From an uncultured Planctomycetaceae bacterium (lineage in GTDB: Bacteria > Planctomycetota > Planctomycetia > Pirellulales > PALSA-1355), in assembly GCA_964598535.1 (NCBI GenBank), contig CAZRCI010000016.1, positions 42,032-106,031 on the forward strand: a stretch of 64,000 nt of DNA. The letters run 5' to 3'. Under the pieces are notes generated by a model. The model had not been told where the DNA came from and ran no database searches. It saw nothing but the letters and a program-made list of their open reading frames with translations. Both the position numbers and the translations under genes were made by a program. Shown one piece after another: positions 38,496-48,392 of the stretch (the stretch's first letter is position 1; each line of letters begins with the position of its first letter).

Positions 38496-39527
38496 ATGCA
38501 GGTTCTCGTCGTCGACGACAATCCGATCGCGGTCGATATGCTCGAAAACACGCTCTGCCGCGCAGGCTATGAAGTGCTGACGGCCAATAGCGGCCGGACG
38601 GCCCTAGAGATACTCGACCGCGGCACGTGTCAGTTCGTCATCACCGACTGGGAAATGCCCGAAATGTCGGGGCTCGAACTGTGTCGGCGAATACGGCATT
38701 TGAGCACGCTCAACTACATCTACGTGATTCTACTGACGGCGCGGCATGACGCCTCGGATTCGATCGAGGGAATGACCGCCGGGGCCGACGATTTCGTCGT
38801 CAAGCCTTTCCAGCCCAGCGAGTTGGTGTTGCGCGTAAAAGCCGGCGAGCGCCTGCTCGCGCTCGAGACTCGCGAATTGCTGATCTTCGCCCTGGCAAAG
38901 CTCGCCGAATCTCGCGACAGCGACACCGGCGCGCATCTGGAACGCGTGCGAACTTATTCACGGGTCATCGCCGAACATCTCGCGCGGCTCCCCAAGTATC
39001 GTGACCAGGTGAACGCCGAATATGTGCGACTGATCTATCTGACAAGTCCGCTACACGACATTGGCAAGGTGGCCGTGCCCGATCAAATCCTGCTCAAGCC
39101 AGGCCCACTCACGGAAGCGGAATTCGAGATCATGAAGACGCACACCTTGCGGGGAGCCGAAACGCTGGAAGCCGCGCTCAAACAATATCCCACGGCAAGG
39201 TTTCTACGCATGGCCCGCGACATCGCCGCAAGCCATCACGAGTGGTACGACGGCTCGGGATACCCGCGCGGTCTGGCCGGCCAGGCGATTCCGCTCTCGG
39301 CCAGGATCGTGGCCCTGGCGGACGCCTATGACGCCCTCACCAGCAAACGCGTATACAAGGATGCTTTTACGCACGAGAAAGCCCGGGCCGCGGTGCTCAA
39401 GGGGCGTGGCACCCACTTCGATCCGGATGTCGTCGACGCGTTCCTGGCGAACGAAGAAAAGTTCGTGGCCGTGCAACAGTCGCTGGCCGACGAGGCCGAG
39501 CCACAAACGGTGCTCATGAAGATCTAA
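38496..39527 (+). CDS. Response regulator with HD-GYP (c-di-GMP phosphodiesterase-type) output domain
   Basis: The track ORF starts at 38400; Met at 38496 (MQVLVVDDNPIAV) is preferred. Receiver ITDWEMPEMSG, plus HDIGKVAVPD and HHEWYDGSGYPRGL. Confidence 0.85.
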   Translation: MQVLVVDDNPIAVDMLENTLCRAGYEVLTANSGRTALEILDRGTCQFVITDWEMPEMSGLELCRRIRHLSTLNYIYVILLTARHDASDSIEGMTAGADDFVVKPFQPSELVLRVKAGERLLALETRELLIFALAKLAESRDSDTGAHLERVRTYSRVIAEHLARLPKYRDQVNAEYVRLIYLTSPLHDIGKVAVPDQILLKPGPLTEAEFEIMKTHTLRGAETLEAALKQYPTARFLRMARDIAASHHEWYDGSGYPRGLAGQAIPLSARIVALADAYDALTSKRVYKDAFTHEKARAAVLKGRGTHFDPDVVDAFLANEEKFVAVQQSLADEAEPQTVLMKI

Positions 39528-39711
39528 GCGGCGTCGAACCCGATCGCCAATCGATTGAAGATCGGCCAAATCGGATTCCTACTTGAGCCGGTGCCCACTG
39601 AATTTCTCGCATGCGCAGTTTCCCGCGCAGTGCCATGATCAGGTGGTAAACTACACTTGGCCCACCGCTCGCGCCGCCCCCTCACTTATCACGCCCACCG
39701 GAGGAACTGTC

Positions 39712-40038
39712 GTGCGTAATCTAATTCTGGCTGGCTCGTTGGTTCTGGCGGCGTGGGGCACTGCGGCGCCGGCTCAAGAGGCCGGACCTCCCTGTCAACT
39801 TCCAGTCACCAAGGTCTATCGCATTCGGCCGGAGTTTTGCCCTCAGGCATTGGTCCGGATGATTCCGGCGGCCGTGGGACCCGCTTGCTGTGGATGCGAT
39901 TGTGGTCCCTATGGCATTCCACCCATTTATGCCGCGGGATCAAACGTCCTGGTGCGTCAAACGCCCGACATGCAAGAACGGGTAGCCGAGTTCCTGGCCG
40001 AGTTGGGAGCGCTCGTACCCAACAAGAAAGTGAACTAG
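39712..40038 (+). CDS. Small exported Cys-rich hypothetical protein
   Basis: GTG at 39712 lies 7 nt after GGAGG and gives the signal peptide VRNLILAGSLVLAAWGTAAPAQE. ACCGCDCGPYG motif. The track ORF (from 39583) has no export signal at its own start. Confidence 0.45.
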   Translation: MRNLILAGSLVLAAWGTAAPAQEAGPPCQLPVTKVYRIRPEFCPQALVRMIPAAVGPACCGCDCGPYGIPPIYAAGSNVLVRQTPDMQERVAEFLAELGALVPNKKVN

Positions 40039-40057
40039 AACCGATACTGCCCAACGC

Positions 40058-40086
40058 TTACGCCGCGGTTTGCGCGGGGCTATAAT
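40058..40086 (+). promoter_or_regulatory. Sigma70-type promoter candidate for glcDEF
   Basis: TTACGC, a 17-nt spacer, then TATAAT (40081-40086), 55 nt upstream of the glcD GTG. Confidence 0.35.
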
Positions 40087-40140
40087 CGACGCCTTATTCG
40101 CTTTTCGGCTCAAGCTTTCGTTCGCCCCCCTCGCGCGCTT

Positions 40141-41580
40141 GTGATTTCGCCCACACTGCTTCCGGTCGCCAACGAACTTCGCCACCTGCTGGGTGACGAA
40201 AGCGTGCTTGCTGCGCACTCGGACCTTGTCGTCTACGAATGCGACGGATTCGTAATCGAAAAAAACTGCCCGGACGTGGTGGTCTTCCCTCGCACGACCG
40301 AGGACGTCCAGGCGATTGTGCGCTTGTGCAACGAGCACCAAGTGCCGTTCTTGCCGCGTGGGGCCGGTACGAGCCTGGCCGGCGGGTGCTTGCCGGTCGG
40401 CGGAGGCGTAATGATCGTCTTCACCCGAATGAAGCAGATCCTGGAAATCAACCTGCGCGATCGCTACGCCGTGGTGCAACCAGGCGTAGTGAATATCTGG
40501 CTGACCAATAAGCTCAAAGGGACCGGCTATCACTATGCGCCCGACCCATCCAGCCAGGGGGCCTGCACGATCGGCGGCAACGTGGCCACGAACTCCGGCG
40601 GTCCGCACACGCTCAAGTACGGTGTAACGGTCAACCATACGCTGGGCATCGAGGCCGTGCTTGCCGACGGCTCCGTCGTGCAATTTGGCGGCCCCGTGGA
40701 AGAGAGCCCGGGACTTGACCTTACCGGCGCCCTCGTCGGCAGCGAAGGCACGCTGGCGATCGTCACCAAGATCTGGGTCCGCCTCACCAAGAATCCCGAG
40801 GGGGTGCGAACGCTCCTGGGCGTGTTCGATTCGGTGGACGACGCCACGAACTCGATTAGTGAGATCATCGGCGCGGGCATCATTCCGGCCGCGCTCGAGA
40901 TGATGGACCAAGGCATTCTTGCCGCGGTCGAAGCGGCGTTTCACTTTGGTTTTCCGCTCGACGCGCAAGCGATCCTATTGATCGAGGTCGACGGCATCGA
41001 GGCGGGTCTCGACGCGCAACGCGATCGCATCATCGAGCTGTGTACGAAATGCGGCGCGCGCGAGGTGCGTCAAGCGCGGGATGCCCAGGAGCGGCTGCTA
41101 TTGTGGAAGTCTCGCAAGCAGGCGTTTGGCGCCGTGGGACGGCTAAGCCCCAGCTACTGTACGCAAGATGGCGTCGTGCCGCGCACGAAGCTACCGCACA
41201 TCCTGCGGCGAATCACCGAAATCAGCGGCAAGTACGGTATCCGGATCGTCAATGTGTTTCACGCCGGCGACGGAAACATCCACCCGATTCTGCTGTTCGA
41301 CGAGCGCGATGCCGAGCAAGTGTCGCGCGTGCTCAAGGCGAGCGACGAGATCCTCGAAGAATGTATCGCCAGCGGAGGCAGCGTCACCGGCGAACATGGC
41401 ATCGGCGTCGAGAAGATCAATTTCATGAACAAATTGTTCAACGACGATGATCTGGCCGCGATGGGACGGCTTCGCGCGGCATTCAATCCCGAGGGCCGCT
41501 TGAGCCCGGCAAAAATGTTGCCCACGGCCGGGGCTTGTGGGCTCGAGCAGATCCACCCCGGCCGCCGCGCGGCAATGTAA
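40141..41580 (+). CDS. glcD: Glycolate oxidase subunit GlcD (FAD-linked oxidase)
   Basis: FAD-binding PCMH region VVFPRTTEDVQAIVRLCNEHQVPFLPRGAGTSLAGG, and a C-terminal GEHGIGVEK motif. Confidence 0.85.
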   Translation: MISPTLLPVANELRHLLGDESVLAAHSDLVVYECDGFVIEKNCPDVVVFPRTTEDVQAIVRLCNEHQVPFLPRGAGTSLAGGCLPVGGGVMIVFTRMKQILEINLRDRYAVVQPGVVNIWLTNKLKGTGYHYAPDPSSQGACTIGGNVATNSGGPHTLKYGVTVNHTLGIEAVLADGSVVQFGGPVEESPGLDLTGALVGSEGTLAIVTKIWVRLTKNPEGVRTLLGVFDSVDDATNSISEIIGAGIIPAALEMMDQGILAAVEAAFHFGFPLDAQAILLIEVDGIEAGLDAQRDRIIELCTKCGAREVRQARDAQERLLLWKSRKQAFGAVGRLSPSYCTQDGVVPRTKLPHILRRITEISGKYGIRIVNVFHAGDGNIHPILLFDERDAEQVSRVLKASDEILEECIASGGSVTGEHGIGVEKINFMNKLFNDDDLAAMGRLRAAFNPEGRLSPAKMLPTAGACGLEQIHPGRRAAM

Positions 41581-41594
41581 GGGGGACGCGCCCG

Positions 41595-42863
41595 ATGACG
41601 AAAGCCAAGTCCACTTCGATCGCGGCCCAGCCGCTGCCGCTCGCCGAAACCCGCACGCCCGCCGACCAGGCCGAGCTGGCGACCATCCTGGCCGAGGCAT
41701 GCGCGCAGAACACCGCGATCTATCCGATCGGCGGGAGCACGAGCCTCGACTACGGATATCCGCCGAGCAAGCCCGGCGCCGGAGCGATCCTTACCGAGCT
41801 GAATCGCGTGATCGACTATCCGGCGCGGGATATGACCGTCACCGTCGAAGCTGGCATCACGCTCGACGCACTGGCCCAAGTGCTATCCGCCGAGCGGCAA
41901 TGCCTGCCAGTGGAAGGCGCACAACCGCACGTTGCCACGCTGGGCGGACTGATGGCCACGGCTTGGAGCGGACCGCGTCGCTATGGTTGCGGTACGATGC
42001 GCGACTATGTGATCGGCGTGACCGCCGTCGACGCGCGCGGCGTGGTTTTCAAAGCGGGCGGTCGCGTGGTGAAGAATGTCGCCGGCTACGATTTCTGCAA
42101 GCTGCTCACCGGTTCTCTGGGGACGCTTGGCGTCATCTCTCAAATCACGCTCAAGACGCGGCCCCTGCCCGAGCGGTCGGCGCTGTTGGCGTGTGAGCTC
42201 AAAGACCTGGAGCAAGCGGAACGGCTGCTCGCCGGTATCATCGCTTCGCGCACTACGCCGGCGGCAATCGAGCTACTCGCCGGGCCCATGTGGCGTGAGC
42301 ATCCCAGCCTGAGGTTACTCACCGCCGGCAGCATTGGCCGCCTGGTCGTCGGGCTAGAAGGCACCGGCGCCGAAGTCGATTGGATGCTCGGCCAGCTCGC
42401 CGCGGAATGGCGCGAGCTGGGAGTTTCGAGCGCGCACGTCGTGGTTGACGAGGCCGCAAACGCACTTTGGGAAACGCTACGCGAGTTCTCGGCCTTTCCG
42501 GACATGCCCCTGGTGCTGAAGACGACCGTGCTGCCAAGTCGCGTGACCGAATACGTCCGGCTGGTGCAAGAGTTCGACGCCGACGTTTCGATTCAGGCCC
42601 ATGCCGGCAATGGTATCGTAATCGCGAGGTTCGAGCGGTTTACACCTGGGGATATCACCGCGGTGCTATTGGGGCGGCTGCGGCCCGCCGCACAGCTTTG
42701 CGGCGGTAACGCAGTGGTGCTGTCGAGCAATCTCGACGGCTGGACACGGGGGGCCTGGTGGGGAAGCTTTGGCCAGGCCGCGCCGTGGATGCAGAAAGTC
42801 AAACACCAATTCGACCCGGGCAACCTGCTCAATCCTGGCCGCTTCGCCTACGATAGTGAGTAA
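41595..42863 (+). CDS. glcE: Glycolate oxidase FAD-binding subunit GlcE
   Basis: Met at 41595 (the track ORF starts at 41535 inside glcD). IYPIGGSTSLDYG ... VKNVAGYDFCKLLTGSLGTLGVISQITLK. Confidence 0.75.
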   Translation: MTKAKSTSIAAQPLPLAETRTPADQAELATILAEACAQNTAIYPIGGSTSLDYGYPPSKPGAGAILTELNRVIDYPARDMTVTVEAGITLDALAQVLSAERQCLPVEGAQPHVATLGGLMATAWSGPRRYGCGTMRDYVIGVTAVDARGVVFKAGGRVVKNVAGYDFCKLLTGSLGTLGVISQITLKTRPLPERSALLACELKDLEQAERLLAGIIASRTTPAAIELLAGPMWREHPSLRLLTAGSIGRLVVGLEGTGAEVDWMLGQLAAEWRELGVSSAHVVVDEAANALWETLREFSAFPDMPLVLKTTVLPSRVTEYVRLVQEFDADVSIQAHAGNGIVIARFERFTPGDITAVLLGRLRPAAQLCGGNAVVLSSNLDGWTRGAWWGSFGQAAPWMQKVKHQFDPGNLLNPGRFAYDSE

Positions 42864-42892
42864 ACGGGCCGCGTCCCGCCCATCGAGCAACC

Positions 42893-44215
<1,323 letters not shown>

Positions 44216-44306
44216 TGTCGCTGGCCCGGCAACGGCAAGCTTCGCGCCCGTCGCCTGCCGAGCAATGTGCGTCAGCGCTTCGTCCGATCATGCAGGAGAA
44301 CTCACC

Positions 44307-44865
44307 ATGACCTCGCTCGATGTCATCCGCTTCTTGCATCAGCATCGGATGTGGGTCAATCGCATGCTGCTCGATGCGGCGGCCGTACTACCGCCTGAGA
44401 GACTGCGAACGCCGTATGCAATCGGCCAGGGAACGATCTGGCGCTCGCTCGTGCATATGTATGCCGCCGAATGGGTTTGGCTGGCGACGCTCCGCGGTGA
44501 TGAAAGTCCCGTACTTCCCGGCGACCGGCCGGATGGACTTCCGGGAAATCAAGAGCGACGCGGCGGCATTGCTTCGCTCGCCGAGTTACGTGCCGCTTGG
44601 ACCGCGGTGGACGCCGGTTGGTAAAGATTATCTCGAAGCTCTCTCGGAGAACGACCTAACGACGCCGGTCTACAAGATCTCGAGCCTACAACGAACACGG
44701 CAGGGCTGCCAACAAGCGGACGTTCTATTGCATGTTTGCACGCATGCCCACTATACGGCGGCCCAAGTGGTTAATATGCTGCGGCAATCTGGCGCGGCGT
44801 CGCTCCCCGACCCCATGCTGATCAGCTTGGCGCGGGCCGAGTTCCAAGCCGGTTCCGCGTCGTGA
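44307..44865 (+). pseudogene. DinB-family protein gene interrupted by a single-base frameshift near 44622
   Basis: The N-terminal half is in the frame of ORF 44193..44624 (from Met 44307: MTSLDVIRFLHQHRMWVNRMLL...AELRAAWTAVDAGW*). The C-terminal half is in the +1 frame (KDYLEALSENDLTTPVYK...LLHVCTHAHYTAAQVVNMLRQSG). Deleting the T at 44622 joins them into one 185-aa DinB-sized protein. Confidence 0.6.
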
Positions 44866-44909
44866 ACCGTCGCCAGACCGCGAACACTGCAACCTGGAGA
44901 AACATCGCT

Positions 44910-45953
44910 ATGATTCGAGTGGGCATCGCCGGCATCGGCTTCATGGGCATGATCCATTACCTCGCCTATCAAAAGCTGCGAGGCGTCAAGGTCGTGGCCC
45001 TCTGCGAAACGCAACGCGAGCGACTCGATGGAGACTGGCGGGCAATCAAAGGCAACTTTGGACCTGCCGGAACGATGATGGATCTTTCGGGCATTGCCAA
45101 GTACGAGAACCTGGACGAGATGCTCGCCGATGCGAAGGTCGACGTGGTCGATGTGTGCCTGCCGCCCGCGGCGCATGCTTCCGTGGCGATCAAGGCTTTC
45201 AAGGCCGGCAAGCATGTGTTCAGCGAGAAGCCGATCTCGCTTACCGCCGCGGACGCCACGAAGATGGTCAAAGCCGCGGATGCGGCGGGCAAACAACTGC
45301 TGATCGGGCAGGTGCTGCCGTTCTTTCCTGAGTATGCGTTTGCCTATCGCGCGGCCACCAGCGGCAAATATGGCCGGCTGCTGGGCGGACACTTCAAGCG
45401 AATCATTTCCGACCCGCAGTGGCTGAAGGACTTTTACGATCCGGCAAAGGTTGGCGGGCCGATGCTCGATCTGCACGTGCACGACGCGCATTACATCCGC
45501 CTGCTGTTCGGCATGCCCCGATCGGTAACGACGAGCGGGCGAATGCGCGGCGAAGTGGCCGAGTATTTCGTGTCGCAATTCGCGTTCCACGATCCTCGCC
45601 TGGTCGTGAGCGCACAGAGCGGCGTCATTCACCAGCAAGGGCGCGGTTTCTCGGCTGGCTTTGAAATCCATCTGGAAAAAGCCACCCTGCTGTATGACTT
45701 CTCGGTGATCGACGGTAAACCGGAGCTGGCCGTTCCGTTGACCGTGCTCCGCGCGGATGGCAAGGTCGAACGTCCTGTCATGGCCAGCAGCGACCCGGTC
45801 GATGCGTTTGTGGCCGAGCTGGCCGAGGCGGCCAAATCGTTCAAAAACAGTCGGCCCTCGGCGCTGCTGGATGGCCAGCTTGCCCGCGACGCGGTCTTGC
45901 TGTGCCACAAGCAAACCGAGTCGATTCGCAAGCGGCGATCCGTGAACGTCTAG
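44910..45953 (+). CDS. Gfo/Idh/MocA family oxidoreductase
   Basis: Met at 44910 after GGAGA gives the Rossmann N-terminus MIRVGIAGIGFMGMIHYLAY. The track ORF starts at 44862. Confidence 0.85.
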   Translation: MIRVGIAGIGFMGMIHYLAYQKLRGVKVVALCETQRERLDGDWRAIKGNFGPAGTMMDLSGIAKYENLDEMLADAKVDVVDVCLPPAAHASVAIKAFKAGKHVFSEKPISLTAADATKMVKAADAAGKQLLIGQVLPFFPEYAFAYRAATSGKYGRLLGGHFKRIISDPQWLKDFYDPAKVGGPMLDLHVHDAHYIRLLFGMPRSVTTSGRMRGEVAEYFVSQFAFHDPRLVVSAQSGVIHQQGRGFSAGFEIHLEKATLLYDFSVIDGKPELAVPLTVLRADGKVERPVMASSDPVDAFVAELAEAAKSFKNSRPSALLDGQLARDAVLLCHKQTESIRKRRSVNV

Positions 45954-46267
45954 CAGTCCTCCCCCCTGCGCGGCGCACTCGCTGGGGCGCTCGCTATCAC
46001 AGGACACTTTGCGGCGCTCTGTCGATCCGGCAAAATGGCTGCCAAGCCCCTTCGGCTTGGGCCAACCTGGAGGTCTCGTCGCCGGCCGTTTTCATCGGCC
46101 GCACCCCGTGTCCAGTGCGCGCATCGCGTGTATTCGGTGCCAGCCGCACGCCGTGCAAACTGTGATTTCTTGGCCGTAAATGCTACGCCCGTCGCGTTGT
46201 GCACACCGTTGTGACGGGTATGCCGGTTATGCCGTCGCGGCGCTTCGAAAATCTTTGCCACGGTTTT

Positions 46268-46296
46268 TTGACCATCGCGAAATCGTGACCTATAGT
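46268..46296 (+). promoter_or_regulatory. Near-consensus sigma70-type promoter upstream of the S41 peptidase gene
   Basis: TTGACC (46268-46273), a 17-nt spacer, then TATAGT (46291-46296). This implies a leader of roughly 170 nt before the ATG at 46475. Confidence 0.4.
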
Positions 46297-46474
46297 GGTT
46301 TTGGCCGGTGCTTTGTAGACCCACCCCGCACGGCTGCGTGTTTGATTTCGACAACACGAGCGACAGCGAGACTCGTGCGAGTTCGGTCTTTATTGCCTGA
46401 AGCACCGGTTCTCAATTCGCCACTCCGCTCCCCAGCGGTGCCCCCTCGCAAGACGCATGACAACGGAAGGCCCC

Positions 46475-48124
46475 ATGCAAAAGCTTAGCCAGCGGTGGTT
46501 ACTTCTTGCGCTCGTTTTGGTCTCCTTGGCCAACGCAACCATTGCGCCTCGAGCGCTGGCTCAGACCTCGGTTCAGATCGCTCCCCAGCGGTCCGTCGCG
46601 GAGATCGATACGGTCATCGAACGCGCGAATCGGCTGGAATCCGAGCAACGATGGGGCGAAGCGCTCTCGATCTATGAAGAAGCGCTGCGCGATCACCCCA
46701 ACCACGCGGCCTTGGGCAACCGTCATAATCTCGCCAAGATTCACTACGATCTGACGCGGCGTTACAACGACGCCAGCTTCATCCGCTCGGTTCGCAGCCT
46801 CGACGAACGGCAAGCGCTGAATATGTACTCGGAAGTCTTGGTCAAGGTGGAAACACACTATGTCGCGACACCCAACTGGAACAACCTGGTCGGCCGTGGC
46901 ACGCAGGATCTACAAATCGCGCTCTACCAGCCGAAGTTCGCCAGCCAGCACCTTGCCGGCAAGTCGCGCGGCGAGCTCGAAGAGTTCTCGGCTGCGATCG
47001 GCCGCTGGCAGTCCAGCCGCGACGTTCAAACTCGGCAGCAAGCAATCGACACGGTCGCCGCGGTGGCCAACTTCGCCGAGCAGCGGCTGGGAATCCCCCG
47101 CTCCGCCACGACGTTGGAATACACGTGTGCCGCGATCGGGGCCCTCGACGCCTACTCGGCGTTCCTCACCAGCGACCAATTGACCGACGTCTATTCGCAG
47201 ATCGAGGGCAACTTCGTGGGGCTCGGCATCGAGCTCAAAGCCGACGGCGGCGCGCTGCTAATCGTCGATGTGATCTCGGGCAGCCCGGCCGCGAGAGCCG
47301 GCCTTCGTAAGAACGAACGCATCATTGAAGTCGACGGGCAGGCCACCGCGAAGTTCTCGACCGATCAGGCCGCCGATCTGCTGCAAGGCCCCGAGGGAAG
47401 TGTCGCACAAGTCGTCGTGCAAAACGACGCCGGACAAACGCGCCGCTTGTCGGTGCGCCGCGAGCACGTCGAGGTACCCAGCGTGGACGACGTCAAGATC
47501 GTCGACCGCGATTTTGGAATCGGCTATCTGAAGCTCACCTGCTTCCAGAAGACCACCAGCCGCGACCTGGACGCGGCGTTGTGGAAGCTCCATCGCGAAG
47601 GCATGCGGAGCCTGATCATCGATCTGCGACGCAATCCTGGCGGGCTGCTCACGGCGAGTGTCGAGGTCGCCGACAAGTTCGTCGACGAGGGCGTGATCGT
47701 CTCCACCCGGGGTCGCAGCCCACTGGAAGACTACAATTACACCGCGCATCGCGCCGGCACCTGGCGGGTTCCGCTGGTGGTACTGATCGATAGTGAGAGC
47801 GCCAGCGCCAGTGAGATTTTTGCCGGTGCGATTCGCGACCACCGCCGCGGCACCATCGTCGGCCAACGCAGCTATGGTAAAGGGTCTGTCCAGGGAATCT
47901 TCCCGCTGTCGATCGCCGGCTCGGGCGTGCGGCTTACGACGGCCAAGTTCTACTCGCCGGGCGGACACCCGATCAACCTGGTGGGGGTTACGCCGGATAT
48001 CGCCGTGCAAACCGTAGCCAGGCCGACGGCCGATGGCGCGCTGGATGCCGCGAGCGAGTTGCTCTCGGACAGCGTGCTGAACGCCGGCATCCAAGCCGCC
48101 CGCCGCCAGACGGCCCAGCGGTAA
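46475..48124 (+). CDS. S41 family C-terminal processing peptidase with N-terminal helical extension
   Basis: Met at 46475 (GGAAGG SD) gives the signal peptide MQKLSQRWLLLALVLVSLANA. PDZ region GSPAARAGLRKNERIIEVDG. Catalytic region IIDLRRNPGGLL ... SASASEIFAGA. Confidence 0.85.
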   Translation: MQKLSQRWLLLALVLVSLANATIAPRALAQTSVQIAPQRSVAEIDTVIERANRLESEQRWGEALSIYEEALRDHPNHAALGNRHNLAKIHYDLTRRYNDASFIRSVRSLDERQALNMYSEVLVKVETHYVATPNWNNLVGRGTQDLQIALYQPKFASQHLAGKSRGELEEFSAAIGRWQSSRDVQTRQQAIDTVAAVANFAEQRLGIPRSATTLEYTCAAIGALDAYSAFLTSDQLTDVYSQIEGNFVGLGIELKADGGALLIVDVISGSPAARAGLRKNERIIEVDGQATAKFSTDQAADLLQGPEGSVAQVVVQNDAGQTRRLSVRREHVEVPSVDDVKIVDRDFGIGYLKLTCFQKTTSRDLDAALWKLHREGMRSLIIDLRRNPGGLLTASVEVADKFVDEGVIVSTRGRSPLEDYNYTAHRAGTWRVPLVVLIDSESASASEIFAGAIRDHRRGTIVGQRSYGKGSVQGIFPLSIAGSGVRLTTAKFYSPGGHPINLVGVTPDIAVQTVARPTADGALDAASELLSDSVLNAGIQAARRQTAQR

Positions 48125-48180
48125 AGCTTCGCCTGCGATGGGTTTCAACCGCGAATCCCCGTGACAGGACGCCACGTTCA

Positions 48181-48220
48181 AACCCAGGGGAAACATCTCC
48201 CCTGGGTTTTACGTTTTTTT
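48181..48220 (+). terminator. Rho-independent terminator after the S41 peptidase gene
   Basis: 11-bp stem aacccagggga / tcccctgggtt with a 6-nt loop, then TTACGTTTTTTT. Confidence 0.75.
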
Positions 48221-48392
48221 GTCAGTGACACGGGACGCCCCCCCCTGCCCTCGATCTCCCGCCGAACCCGAGGAATTGCTTCCACCTGGCCCGAAGACGG
48301 GCTAGGATGATGCTCTTGAGAGTCGAGGCCGCGACCGTCGGCCGTGGCCCCCTCGACGATTGTATTGGACGTATCGGAGTGCAAAGCGCACG

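Noticed and set aside
44751-46007. 418-aa minus-strand ORF
   Set aside because: It is antisense to the Gfo/Idh/MocA oxidoreductase, whose Rossmann N-terminus and SD are clear.
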